This document shows positions 8,034 through 17,237 of a stretch of DNA of 32,000 nucleotides, one piece after another. The DNA is from Candidatus Hadarchaeales archaeon (GTDB lineage Archaea; Hadarchaeota; Hadarchaeia; Hadarchaeales; Hadarchaeaceae). The DNA lies in assembly GCA_038823825.1 (NCBI GenBank), contig JAWBCC010000001.1, positions 360,001 through 392,000 on the forward strand, read 5' to 3'. How positions within the stretch are numbered: position 1 is the first letter of the stretch; each line of letters starts with the position of its first letter. Under the pieces are notes generated by a model. The model worked only from the letters and a program-made list of their open reading frames with translations, made no database searches and was not told the DNA's origin. The translations under genes and the position numbers were made by a program.

Positions 8034-8864
8034 TTAAATAGGCTGGAATATGAGGTCTGGAAAAACAGGATTGATTAAAATATTTGTAAAAATCACGTTT
8101 AGATTATCGATCTTGGCTGGGATTTCCTGACCGGTATATATTCTAGCGAAAGCTCCAGCGTAGTTTAGAAACACAATGTAGTAGTTCCAGAACTCGCGGA
8201 AGTCGATATTGGCGTTTTCAAATGTTATCCAGTCCTCATTCTCAAAACGTGCCCAACCTGTTTTAGCTCTCCAGCTCATTATGTACGAGATTCGTGCGTT
8301 ATTTTCGTCTATGGCGTTTATTCTAAGTTCCAAGTTTTCGATCTGATCTAAGTTCCTTGTGTAAAACTCTATTCTTCGTATGGGATAATTCTCGATGAGC
8401 AAAGTAAAACTCATGCTCTTGATTATTAACGGCTGTTCGTTCTCCTGTGGTTGTTCGTTCTCCTGTGGTGGGATTTCCAATTCCAGCGGTTTTGGCCCAA
8501 CTATCACATAGATATAAACGTGTTCATTTTCAACTTCTCCAGAAATCAAGGCGAAGTTGTTATCTTTTTCGAGAAGTCTTCCGTAAAATCTGAGTATGTT
8601 TCCTTCTCCGATCGATTGCCAGTTTTCTTTTCGGAGTGCTTTATCAAATGAGTTCATAGCTTTTTCGAGATCACCCGAACCGACATATCTGACTATGATA
8701 TAGTTCTCCACTAAATTCTCTTCTTCGATTTTGAAGCCCGATGGTACCTTGAATCCGCCTGGACCGGCCAGAGGGGGCGGTCGATTGACGAAACTTAAGA
8801 TAAGAAATGTCGAGATTATGATTACTCCAATCAGTCCGAAGATCCAAATCTTCATCTTTTTCAA
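8034..8864 (-). CDS. N-terminally membrane-anchored hypothetical protein with a PQENEQ tandem repeat
   Basis: 276 aa. It has an N-terminal hydrophobic helix (IWIFGLIGVIIISTFLILSF) and then a soluble region with no motif I recognise. It lies directly downstream of rps27ae on the same strand. Confidence 0.6.
   Translation of the reverse strand: MKKMKIWIFGLIGVIIISTFLILSFVNRPPPLAGPGGFKVPSGFKIEEENLVENYIIVRYVGSGDLEKAMNSFDKALRKENWQSIGEGNILRFYGRLLEKDNNFALISGEVENEHVYIYVIVGPKPLELEIPPQENEQPQENEQPLIIKSMSFTLLIENYPIRRIEFYTRNLDQIENLELRINAIDENNARISYIMSWRAKTGWARFENEDWITFENANIDFREFWNYYIVFLNYAGAFARIYTGQEIPAKIDNLNVIFTNILINPVFPDLIFQPI
8434..8469. repeat. Perfect 18-nt tandem duplication (TGTTCGTTCTCCTGTGGT x2) inside the 8034..8864 CDS
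   Basis: Read directly from the sequence. On the minus strand it encodes PQENEQ-PQENEQ. Confidence 0.9.
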
Positions 8865-8903
8865 AAAGATGTCGTCTGGAGGGTGTTTAATGTTGTCGCT
8901 TCA

Positions 8904-9074
8904 TTATTTTTTCTTAAATTCTGTATATCCACATCTACCGCATGAATACCGATTTTCATGTTCGGCCATAAACACTCCTTCACCACAGCGAGGACAGAAA
9001 CGTCTAAGTCTCTTCAAGCGTTCTCCCTCAATTTTATACAGTTTAGATTTTCTACCCCCAACTTTTTCTGTCAA
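8904..9074 (-). CDS. rps27ae: Ribosomal protein eS31 (S27ae), zinc-ribbon type
   Basis: Not in the ORF track (56 aa, TTG start). My translation is (M)[55 protein letters not shown]. It shows the classic CPRCG...CGRCGYT S27ae ribbon and the conserved position downstream of rps24e. The TTG at 9074 overlaps the rps24e TGA. Confidence 0.88.
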   Translation of the reverse strand: MTEKVGGRKSKLYKIEGERLKRLRRFCPRCGEGVFMAEHENRYSCGRCGYTEFKKK

Positions 9075-9385
9075 GTTTTTGCCTCCTCTGCTGCTTTCTC
9101 AGTTGGTTTGTCTCTATTCAATAAATACTTCGGTTCTAAGGATTCAAGTTGTTCTCTAGACTCGTAAACTCTGGCTATTCCCAAAGATTCAGCCTTGCCG
9201 TGCAAACTGGTTATCTTTTGGATTATGATCAGATCTTGGTTAACATTCAGTATTTCAGCCAGTTTTGCCTTGGTCTCCCGCCTACTGGGTGTGGACATTC
9301 CCTCATGTCTCAGCCTGAATTTTATTTCCCTTCTTTGCAAAAGCTTATTCTCCACATTTTCCACGATCTCTAACTCGAGCGCCAT
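9071..9385 (-). CDS. rps24e: Ribosomal protein eS24 (S24e)
   Basis: 104 aa: [48 protein letters not shown]... This is the typical S24e N-terminus, and the gene is followed by S27ae as in many archaea. Confidence 0.92.
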   Translation of the reverse strand: MALELEIVENVENKLLQRREIKFRLRHEGMSTPSRRETKAKLAEILNVNQDLIIIQKITSLHGKAESLGIARVYESREQLESLEPKYLLNRDKPTEKAAEEAKT

Positions 9386-9430
9386 ATATATTCCATCAGA
9401 ATTATGTTCATGTTTTTTAAATTGTTCGCT

Positions 9431-9958
9431 TTAGGGGGATCCCGCCGAAGTGAATCTTTTCAAAATTTTCTCGAATTCCCGCTTTTTTTCCTCTGTAACT
9501 TCGATGATTACCGTTCCTTCGCCAGGCTGACCGTATATTACTATCGACCCGATCGGAGAAGTCAACACTGCAGGAATCGTCACAAGATCCTCCTCTCCTT
9601 CAACAATTACTCTCATCTTACCGCTCGCTTTTTCGAAGATATCCCATAGAGCTGGATTTAGGGTCCCAGCTGCATTTTTTATACGAGTTTCTTGGTATGG
9701 TGCATTGCGTAACATGTTCAAAACAGGTTGAAGGACATCTGCTCTCTCTATTTTGAAATCAATCACCAGTATATCGGGAAAAATCTCTTTCTCAAGAAGT
9801 TTTACACTCACGAAATCCCCCACTGATACGATCCTCGGAGGATTCCTTTCTCGAATGAAATTGGCGATTTCCTCGAAATCTTTTTTAACAACACCCAACG
9901 GCTTTTTCAGCTCTTTGCGAAGGTCTTCCGGCAACTCCAAAACATGTTTTGGACGCAC
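9431..9958 (-). CDS. GTP-dependent dephospho-CoA kinase (DUF359/COG1909 family)
   Basis: 175 aa with SVGDFVS and VIVEGEEDLVTIPAVL motifs characteristic of DUF359. Its position next to rps24e is common in archaea. Confidence 0.8.
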   Translation of the reverse strand: MRPKHVLELPEDLRKELKKPLGVVKKDFEEIANFIRERNPPRIVSVGDFVSVKLLEKEIFPDILVIDFKIERADVLQPVLNMLRNAPYQETRIKNAAGTLNPALWDIFEKASGKMRVIVEGEEDLVTIPAVLTSPIGSIVIYGQPGEGTVIIEVTEEKKREFEKILKRFTSAGSP

Positions 9959-9980
9959 AGATTTTCTTATTCTTATCCAA

Positions 9981-11645
9981 TTAATAGATTTTTCTCTGTG
10001 ATTCGAATATTTTGCGAAGCTTCTGCAAAGTGTCCGCTTGCTCGGCAGTCTTTTCCTCGCGAATTCTGTTTATTCTTGCAAACCGGAGGGCCATGCCACA
10101 CGGATATTTTGGGCTTTTTTGAATCTCGTTGTAGAATACTTCCACAACGATCTCCGGCTTAACCCAAACCGTTCGTCCTTCTTCAGAGATTTTTAAGTCT
10201 ATGAGCCTTTTAGTCATCTGCTCGAGTTCTTTATCAGAGAGACCCTTGAACGTTTTCCCAACGATTTCAAATTTTCCGGTTTTCTCGTCTAAAGCTCCAA
10301 GATAGTAGTCTGAGAGATATCTGGCTCTTCGCCCATGACCCCACTCTGCTCCGACTATCACGAGATCCAAAGGCTCCAACACCGGTTTTATTTTTAACCA
10401 TAATTCGCTTCTAGATCCCAGTAGATATTTTCCATGTAGCGCTTTTGCTACAAGCCCCTCATGCCCCTGCTTGATTGCTTCATTCAGAAATTCCTCTGCT
10501 TCCTTTTTGCTTGAAGTAATCATTGCTGGAACTATACAATCTGGTGGGATCAGATTTAGCAGTTTTTCTCTCCTTTGCAGGTATGGCAAGTTTGTCGTGA
10601 CCTGACCGTCTACGTATAAAACGTCAAAAAGTTGTAACTTGAGAAAAATTCCCTTCACAATTTTTGGAACCTCCATCTCACGCCTGAATCTTCTCAAAAG
10701 ATATTGGAAAGGAAGTGGGTTGCCATGTTGGTCGACTGCGATCACTTCTCCGTCCAAGATCGCTTCCTCAGCTTTTATTTCCTGAACCTTTTCAACAATT
10801 TCAGGCAGACAAACAGAAACATCTTTCAAACTTCTGCTGAATACTTTGACAATGCTACCTTTTTTGTGAAGCTGGATGCGGGCGCCATCCAATTTGAATT
10901 CAAAAGAGGTTTGCCCGCCGTGCAGCGATAACGCTTCTTGTACATCCTTGGCTATTTGGGCAAGCATGGGCTCTACTGGCTGAAAAGTGGATATTTGCAG
11001 AGAAGAAATCGCATCCTTTCCCTTTTCTGCAATTCTGGCAGCGACTTCACTTATGTCAGCCATGACTCCAACTGCTCTCTCAATCTCCTCCTCACTGATG
11101 CCGAAAGCTTTTGCCAAGCTGTTCTTGAGCATTTCTCCCTTGAATCCTGTTCTCATCTCTCCAGTCAGTATCTTCACGAGAAGTTTTGCCTCAGTCGGAC
11201 CACAGCGATTTAGCAAGCCTTCCAGCAGTTTTTCTTTTCGCTCATTTGCGCCTTTACCACTAATTTCAGAAATCTTGTGAAGAATGGCCCAAACTTCTTC
11301 AACTGTCAATTGCCTCGGATGAAGCGAGACGGGGGCTATTTTCCTTTTCTCAAATGCTATTTTGGTTGTCTCTCCAAGGTCTCCTGTTTCTTTGAAAAAC
11401 TTCCAGAATTCCGATTCTTTTAACCCCGTGACTTTTAGAACCACTTTTTTGATGGACTCCCAACCCAGTCCTTTGCCCAGTTCACTCGCCGAAGCCGACT
11501 TTCCAAGAAGCATGTCACACACAGGTCTAACTTCTGATTTTTCCAGTCCACTTATAAATCGAGCAACGGTTTCAATCATCACATTTCTTTTTCTCGTTTT
11601 TTCAAGCTTCTCACAAAGTTCGGCAAGCTTAGAGAATTCCATCAA
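9981..11645 (-). CDS. lig: ATP-dependent DNA ligase (paralog A)
   Basis: 554 aa with motif I EFKLDGARIQ (KxDG), LDGEVIA, LQLFDVLY, EGLVAK, LWLKIKP and LRFARINRIREEK. Confidence 0.93.
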   Translation of the reverse strand: MMEFSKLAELCEKLEKTRKRNVMIETVARFISGLEKSEVRPVCDMLLGKSASASELGKGLGWESIKKVVLKVTGLKESEFWKFFKETGDLGETTKIAFEKRKIAPVSLHPRQLTVEEVWAILHKISEISGKGANERKEKLLEGLLNRCGPTEAKLLVKILTGEMRTGFKGEMLKNSLAKAFGISEEEIERAVGVMADISEVAARIAEKGKDAISSLQISTFQPVEPMLAQIAKDVQEALSLHGGQTSFEFKLDGARIQLHKKGSIVKVFSRSLKDVSVCLPEIVEKVQEIKAEEAILDGEVIAVDQHGNPLPFQYLLRRFRREMEVPKIVKGIFLKLQLFDVLYVDGQVTTNLPYLQRREKLLNLIPPDCIVPAMITSSKKEAEEFLNEAIKQGHEGLVAKALHGKYLLGSRSELWLKIKPVLEPLDLVIVGAEWGHGRRARYLSDYYLGALDEKTGKFEIVGKTFKGLSDKELEQMTKRLIDLKISEEGRTVWVKPEIVVEVFYNEIQKSPKYPCGMALRFARINRIREEKTAEQADTLQKLRKIFESQRKIY

Positions 11646-11699
11646 AATTGATTCGATCTCTTGTGAAAAAACTTTTATTGTTTAAACAGAGTAGTCTTT

Positions 11700-12959
11700 T
11701 TGGTGAAAAAAACAGTCCACGATCCCGTACACGGGAGTATAACAGTTCATGGTGCTGTCCTAGACCTTCTCGATACTGTTGAGGTTCAAAGATTACGTGG
11801 AATAAAACAGCTAGGATTAGCGAACGTGGCTTTTCCTGGAGCGAACCACTCTAGATTTGAGCATGCCTTAGGTGCTTCCCACATGGCTGAAAAAGTTTCG
11901 ACGATCCTAAAATTGTCGAAAGATGAAAGAGAACTTCTCAAAGTCACAGCGCTTTTGCACGATGTTGGACATGCTCCATATTCCCACACATTTGAACAAC
12001 TCATGTTGGACGTCCTTGGATTAGACCATATGGAAATTACCGGAAAAATTTTAGAAGGAAAGATTTCAGTTGAGAGTTCAAGAAAATTGCGATCTCTCAA
12101 TGTGCCAAGAACTTGCGATGTTCTTAAAGAATGGGGTTTATCCGCAAAAGAAATTTCACTCCTGCTTCTTGGAAAACATGAAAAGGAGTATTTGGGCGAC
12201 CTTCTTCATAGCGAAATCGATGTTGACCAACTTGACTATTTGCTCCGCGATTCTCACTACACCGGTGTAGCACTTGGCATGGTCGACGCCGAACGAATTA
12301 TAAATACGCTTGTTGTTCGGCAAAATAAATTATGCGTACTTGAAAAGGGAATAGAAGCAATTGAGGGGCTTCTTACGGCTAGAAGTCTAATGTACAGTTC
12401 CGTTTACTATCATCACACAGTGAGGACGGCAGAGGTCATGCTAGCAAATGCAGTAGATTTCGTAATTCGTGGAGTTTCCAAACGCGAAGCTTTAAGGTTG
12501 TTCACAATGAACGATGCACAATTAATGGTTTTTCTAGATTCAGTCGGCGGTTTCGTGTCAGAACTCGTGGCAAGATTACGATATAGAACGCTTTTTAAAC
12601 CAGTCTATGTTAGACCAAGAACCAAACTTTCTGAAGAGGAGAAGAAGGAATATTTAGAAAAGTTCGGCAGATGGTCCAAAATACGCAAGATTCAGGAGGA
12701 AATCGCGGAAGAAGCAGGGGTTGAAGTCGGCAGAGTTATGATCGACGTTCCGGTTGTCGATATCATCATCTCAGAGCCCAGAATATCCAAAGTCGAAATG
12801 CCAGTTTTGTCTAGGGGAAAACTGCACAATCTTGCGGAGCTCTCTCCTCTTGCCGAAGCAATAAAACAACGACAAAGTCCCAAGTTTTTCCTGAGAGTTT
12901 TGGCTGATCCGAGATTTGAAGAGCAGGTAGAAAGGGCAGCAAAAAGGATCTTTGATTGA
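11700..12959 (+). CDS. HD-domain metal-dependent phosphohydrolase (COG1078, SAMHD1/dNTPase-like superfamily)
   Basis: 419 aa: VHDPVHGSI, QRLRGIKQLG, SRFEHALG, LLHDVGHAPYSH, DVDQLDYLLRDSHYTGV. The start is TTG 11700 or GTG 11703. Confidence 0.88.
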   Translation: MVKKTVHDPVHGSITVHGAVLDLLDTVEVQRLRGIKQLGLANVAFPGANHSRFEHALGASHMAEKVSTILKLSKDERELLKVTALLHDVGHAPYSHTFEQLMLDVLGLDHMEITGKILEGKISVESSRKLRSLNVPRTCDVLKEWGLSAKEISLLLLGKHEKEYLGDLLHSEIDVDQLDYLLRDSHYTGVALGMVDAERIINTLVVRQNKLCVLEKGIEAIEGLLTARSLMYSSVYYHHTVRTAEVMLANAVDFVIRGVSKREALRLFTMNDAQLMVFLDSVGGFVSELVARLRYRTLFKPVYVRPRTKLSEEEKKEYLEKFGRWSKIRKIQEEIAEEAGVEVGRVMIDVPVVDIIISEPRISKVEMPVLSRGKLHNLAELSPLAEAIKQRQSPKFFLRVLADPRFEEQVERAAKRIFD

Positions 12960-12960
12960 T

Positions 12961-13530
12961 TTATGCTTGCAGGGCACGGCGCCCCTTCTCTGTTGGTTTT
13001 AGCCTACCATCTAGATATCCCAAAATCTGAAGCCTTGTTATCTGAGATTTCGTAACAATCAATGGCATTCCTACTTCGGCCGATATTCTCTCAATTGTTT
13101 CCCCACGATCCAGTAACCTTATAATTTCTCTTCCAGCTTCGCCGACCAGAAATTCGTCCGCCAATCTCTGCTTTACCGGCTCCGGAAGCTTCGACCTCGC
13201 TAGTATTTTCTCCAAGGCCTCAACACCAGGTCGAGTTTTGTATTTTTTGAGTATGGTTCGCTGACATATTTTGGCTCCGGCAATTGCGGATCTCAATGTT
13301 TCCAAATCTTTAACGAGTTCATAGAGATCGGAACCGGACATTGGCGCAACCGGCTTTGCCTTTGCATATTCGACGAGCTTATTTCTAAGTTCCTCTATTT
13401 CTTTTTCGAGTTTTCTCTGTCTGAGAATACCGCTTCTACCCCAAAGCATCACCGCTAAGAGAACCACCACAAACGCCATCAAAATTACGTTTATTGTCCA
13501 GACCAATTCCAATTCTTCACCTCCAATCAT
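12961..13530 (-). CDS. Membrane-anchored protein with a coiled-coil segment and a C-terminal winged-helix-like domain
   Basis: 189 aa. It has an N-terminal TM helix (VWTINVILMAFVVVLLAVMLW), a charged helical segment (RKLEKEIEELRNKLVEY) and a C-terminal REIIRLLDRGETIERISAEVGMPLIVTKSQITRLQILGYLDGRLKPTEKGRRAL resembling a wHTH. Its ATG overlaps the tiaS stop (ATGA). Confidence 0.6.
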   Translation of the reverse strand: MIGGEELELVWTINVILMAFVVVLLAVMLWGRSGILRQRKLEKEIEELRNKLVEYAKAKPVAPMSGSDLYELVKDLETLRSAIAGAKICQRTILKKYKTRPGVEALEKILARSKLPEPVKQRLADEFLVGEAGREIIRLLDRGETIERISAEVGMPLIVTKSQITRLQILGYLDGRLKPTEKGRRALQA

Positions 13531-14843
13531 TTTTCATCTTCACATTTTAAAAGCGTGAGCTCGCCAATCTTGCTCCTGAACTCTCTTACAAGCGGTTTCG
13601 AAAGATGTCTTCTGGCTCTTGGTGGAACTTCGAATTTTCCAGGAAGAATTATTCTGGGTTTTTTCCGATATTCTACAGCCTCGGGAGGAAACTTGTATTT
13701 GCATTTTTCACATTCATATCCCTTGCCCCTACCCATGGATTTCGTTCTCCTTCCACAGATTGGGCAGGTCGGATTAACTTTTATTATCTTCTCGGCAAGC
13801 TTGAGCACTTCTATCTTTTCCAAATTTAGGGTTAGAGGGATCCCGGGTTTCTCTTTGACGCTACCGTGAACAACAATCTCGTCTCCAGGCATAAGCTGCA
13901 GCACAATTTCTCTGAACTTTCTGGTCGGCTCATATGCTGCACAGTGAATTTTACCTGTGTCGTCATTTATGGTGAAGATAACATGACCACCAGGGATAAC
14001 CCTTGGTTTTGAACTCACAAAACCGCGTACAGAGTAGGAACGAAGCGGTTTTATTTCTTTTATTTTTGCAGGTATTAGGTGTTCATCGGTCGCTTGATTT
14101 GTCTTATAAATAATCGTACGCTCAATTGGTTCTCCAACTTTAACAATCTCCGCGGCTTTCTCCAAAATCTCAGGAGATTCACCGCGGATCCCATAAAGAA
14201 TCGGACACGGGGTGTGTGGAGTGATCTTGATTTCGCCAGTCCATGGGTCGATATTGTCAAAAGTGAGTGGGAATGTTTTTTCGTTCATTTCCCTTACGCT
14301 TTCTGGATCAACTTTCCTAGGTTTTCCGTAATTCTGAGGGATTCGATATGCAATGTATTCGAAAGTGAAATCTCTGTCGAGTGGATGTCCAATTGCGGCT
14401 AGGGCTCCAATGATTCCTTTCCCCTTTCTGAATTCATAAATTTCCGCACATATGAGACGTGCAAGTTCTCTAGCCTCATCAATTGTCACTATGTCGCGAA
14501 CAACACGGAGCGCAAAATCAGAAAGTTCTGGAGGTATCTTCCTTTTCGGATAAAATACCACGCCCGGATTCGTCTTTTCATCTTCCTCGGCCAGTTCTTC
14601 CACTGTTTTCAAGATTGCTTTTTTGATCTTGTCTAAAAGATCTTCACCAAGTTTAAGCAAAAAAGCCACGGCACAGTTTCCTCTTGTCTTTTCAGGCCAG
14701 CAAGGATTCAACCTTATCAACCGTGGGTAATCGACAAGTTCGGCTCCGAGCTTTTGAGCACGTTCTATCGCTACTGCTCCTACATAGGTAGTGCACATGC
14801 CGCGTGGGGAATCCGTATCGTCTATTCCTACGTGAAGGAACAT
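13527..14843 (-). CDS. tiaS: tRNA(Ile2) 2-agmatinylcytidine synthetase TiaS
   Basis: From the internal ATG at 14843: MFLHVGIDDTDSPRGMCTTYVG...RLNPCWPEKTRGNCAV..., plus a C-terminal Zn ribbon CPICGRRTKSMGRGKGYECEKCKYK. The ORF-track N-terminal extension to 15050 overlaps apgM and looks spurious. Confidence 0.88.
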   Translation of the reverse strand: MFLHVGIDDTDSPRGMCTTYVGAVAIERAQKLGAELVDYPRLIRLNPCWPEKTRGNCAVAFLLKLGEDLLDKIKKAILKTVEELAEEDEKTNPGVVFYPKRKIPPELSDFALRVVRDIVTIDEARELARLICAEIYEFRKGKGIIGALAAIGHPLDRDFTFEYIAYRIPQNYGKPRKVDPESVREMNEKTFPLTFDNIDPWTGEIKITPHTPCPILYGIRGESPEILEKAAEIVKVGEPIERTIIYKTNQATDEHLIPAKIKEIKPLRSYSVRGFVSSKPRVIPGGHVIFTINDDTGKIHCAAYEPTRKFREIVLQLMPGDEIVVHGSVKEKPGIPLTLNLEKIEVLKLAEKIIKVNPTCPICGRRTKSMGRGKGYECEKCKYKFPPEAVEYRKKPRIILPGKFEVPPRARRHLSKPLVREFRSKIGELTLLKCEDEK

Positions 14844-14910
14844 ATTGCCCGCCAAGAATAATGTAAACGTAAAACTTTTTAGGAGAATTACCCGAGAAAA
14901 AAGGAGACCG

Positions 14911-16188
14911 ATGAGAGCAGTTCTCATAATTTGCGATGGTATGGCGGACCGTCCGGTTCCAGAGCTCGCAAACAAAACACCTCTTGAAATCGCACACAAA
15001 CCGAACATGGACTGGCTGGCGAAACACGGCGTATGTGGAATAATGGACACTGTTGAGGCAGGGGTGCCTCCGGGGAGTGATACCGCGCACCTCGCGCTTT
15101 TGGGTTACAATCCTTTTGAGGTCTACACGGGAAGGGGCCCCTTTGAAGCCGCTGGTGCCGGAATAGAGCTTAAGCCTGGAGACATAGCCTTCCGCGCAAA
15201 CTTCGCGACAGTTGACGAAAAAGGGATAATTGTAGATAGAAGGGCAGGTAGGATACAAGAAGCCAAGCTATTGGAGGAAGCGATTAGCAAAATAAAGATC
15301 AAGGGAGTAGAAATAATTTTCAAAGCGACAATTGGACATCGCGGTGTTTTAGTTCTACGCGGGAAGGGTCTATCACATGAAGTTTCAGATTCCGATCCGC
15401 ATGCAACGGGAGTGAAACCGCTAAAGATTTTTCCGAAATTAATTGAAGAAAAAAGAACTCCTGAATATCCTTTAATTGCAGGAGGGGTAAGAAAGTTGGT
15501 CATAAGAAGAAGCCGGGCGCTTAAAACCGCAAAAATTTTGAACGAGTTCTCTCGTAAAGCGCACGAAGTGTTACGTAAACATGAGGTTAATCTTCGAAGG
15601 ATAAAAGAAGGAAAACCACCTGCGAATTACATTTTGCTCAGAGGGCCCGGGGTGGTTCCTCATCTATCGTCCTTGGAAGAGAGAACCGGTCTGAAAGGGG
15701 CCTGTGTCGCTGCTGCGGCACTTGTAAAAGGCGTGTGCAGACTTGCAGGAATGACAGTTCCAGATGTTCCCGGAGCAACGGGGAGCGTAAACACGGATCT
15801 TGCGAGCAAGGTTAAGACCACTCTCAAACTTTTAGAAGATCACGATATCGTTCTCCTTCATATAAAAGGTCTGGACGAAGCGAGCCATGATCATGATCCG
15901 AGAAAGAAAGTAGAATTCATAGAAAAAATAGATTCTATTTTGCCCCAGTTAATTGAGGCTACGGATTTTATATTGCTTACAGCGGATCACACAACGCCAG
16001 TGAGTGTTGGAGATCACACAGCAGATCCTGTACCCGTTGTGATTTACGGACCTGGCGTTAGGGTCGATGATGTGGAAAAATTCGGAGAAAGGGATGCTGC
16101 GAAGGGTGGACTCGGCAGGATCAATGGTCGTCATTTGCTCCCGATTTTGGCAGACCTCATGGGAAAAAGTCACAAATTCGGTGCCTGA
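14911..16188 (+). CDS. apgM: 2,3-bisphosphoglycerate-independent phosphoglycerate mutase, archaeal ApgM type
   Basis: From ATG 14911 (preceded by AAGGAGA): MRAVLIICDGMADRP...GSDTAHLALLGY...DEASHDHD...TADHTTP. The upstream 22 codons of the ORF track are probably not translated. Confidence 0.88.
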   Translation: MRAVLIICDGMADRPVPELANKTPLEIAHKPNMDWLAKHGVCGIMDTVEAGVPPGSDTAHLALLGYNPFEVYTGRGPFEAAGAGIELKPGDIAFRANFATVDEKGIIVDRRAGRIQEAKLLEEAISKIKIKGVEIIFKATIGHRGVLVLRGKGLSHEVSDSDPHATGVKPLKIFPKLIEEKRTPEYPLIAGGVRKLVIRRSRALKTAKILNEFSRKAHEVLRKHEVNLRRIKEGKPPANYILLRGPGVVPHLSSLEERTGLKGACVAAAALVKGVCRLAGMTVPDVPGATGSVNTDLASKVKTTLKLLEDHDIVLLHIKGLDEASHDHDPRKKVEFIEKIDSILPQLIEATDFILLTADHTTPVSVGDHTADPVPVVIYGPGVRVDDVEKFGERDAAKGGLGRINGRHLLPILADLMGKSHKFGA

Positions 16189-17185
16189 GCTTCTTAAGTT
16201 CTTTTGGCTTAAACACACCGAATTCTGTTATAAAGGCGGTTATGTTCTCAGCGGGTGTTACATCGAAAGCGGGATTCCACACTGGAATGTTTTTAGGAAG
16301 TATTCGAATGCTCCCAATTTTTGCGATCTCATCGGGGTGTCTTTCTTCTATTGGAATTTCAGATCCATTTTTGACTTTGAAATCAAACGTGCTTGAAGGC
16401 GCTGCCACGTAAAATGAAACACCGTGCTGTTTCGCCAGAACGGAAAGAGTATATGTCCCGATTTTGTTAGCGGTGTCTCCATTTGCTGCAATTCTATCCG
16501 CACCGACAAGTATAACATCTACTTCACCGAGCTTCATCAGATATCCGGCAGCACTGTCAACTATCACCTTCACCGGAATTCCCTCTTTTTTAAGTTCCCA
16601 AGCAGTAAGCCGAGCACCCTGTAAAAGCGGTCGAGTTTCGGTAGCAATCACCTGTATCCTTTTTCCTTTCTCCACGCAGGCTCTGATAACACCTAGCGCT
16701 GTCCCATAATCTACTGTTGCGAGCGCTCCAGCGTTGCAATGTGTCAGAATCGTGGCTCCGTCTGGAACTAGTTTTTCGCCGTATTCTCCGATCCTTTTGT
16801 TTCTTTCGACATCTTCTTTGGCTATTTTTAGTGCTTCTTCAACAGCGGCTTTGCGTACGTCTCTCGAGTCTCTGCAAGCTCGGAGAACGCGTTCGATAGC
16901 ATGAAAAAGATCGACAGCGGTTGGACGGGTTTCCTTTAGAATGCGAGCGGCTCTTTCGACATCTTGCAGGATCCTCTCTTTAGATTTTCTTCTGCTTCTT
17001 ACCGCGGCCAGTGCAACACCCATCGCGCCGGCCACGCCTATTGCTGGTGCTCCACGGATTTTCATGTTCTTTATCGCTAGTGCGACTTCACCCACCGTTT
17101 TACATTCGATTACTCGATACTTCCAAGGAATGAGAGACTGGTCGATGAGGTAAACTCTCCCATTCCTAAACTCGACTGTTTTCAT
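16157..17185 (-). CDS. mtnA: Methylthioribose-1-phosphate isomerase-like protein (eIF-2B alpha/beta/delta family, MtnA/aIF-2BI)
   Basis: From ATG 17185: MKTVEFRNGRVYLIDQSLIPW...IRGAPAIGVAGAMG...LTHCNAGALAT...GADRIAANGDTANKIGTY. The 3' end overlaps the apgM 3' end by 32 nt. Confidence 0.82.
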   Translation of the reverse strand: MKTVEFRNGRVYLIDQSLIPWKYRVIECKTVGEVALAIKNMKIRGAPAIGVAGAMGVALAAVRSRRKSKERILQDVERAARILKETRPTAVDLFHAIERVLRACRDSRDVRKAAVEEALKIAKEDVERNKRIGEYGEKLVPDGATILTHCNAGALATVDYGTALGVIRACVEKGKRIQVIATETRPLLQGARLTAWELKKEGIPVKVIVDSAAGYLMKLGEVDVILVGADRIAANGDTANKIGTYTLSVLAKQHGVSFYVAAPSSTFDFKVKNGSEIPIEERHPDEIAKIGSIRILPKNIPVWNPAFDVTPAENITAFITEFGVFKPKELKKLRHRICDFFP

Positions 17186-17237
17186 CGCTACCGCAAGATT
17201 TAACTGAAACTGTGGATAAAAAGATGAGAGTTCGGAT

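Noticed and set aside
8434-8469. Tandem repeat as a possible CRISPR or minisatellite locus
   Set aside because: There are only two 18-nt units with no spacers, and they sit entirely in frame within a CDS. I saw no other repeat array anywhere in the window.
8731-9167. Plus-strand ORFs 8731..9159 and 8958..9167
   Set aside because: They are antisense to the membrane-protein start, rps27ae and the rps24e 3' end. The minus-strand products are clearly conserved ribosomal proteins.
14845-14910. Upstream 22 codons of the apgM ORF (MPAKNNVNVKLFRRITREKRRP)
   Set aside because: The ApgM family starts at MRAVLIICDGMADRP. ATG 14911 has a good AAGGAGA SD, and the upstream part would leave no promoter space between the divergent tiaS and apgM.
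14844-15050. N-terminal 69-codon extension of the 507-aa ORF (13527..15050), and ORF 14692..15258 (188 aa)
   Set aside because: The extension has no TiaS-like sequence and overlaps the apgM start region. The conserved TiaS N-terminus MFLHVGIDDTDS begins at the internal ATG 14843. The 188-aa ORF lies across both genes in other frames and has an Arg/Cys/Ser-rich composition typical of out-of-frame translation.
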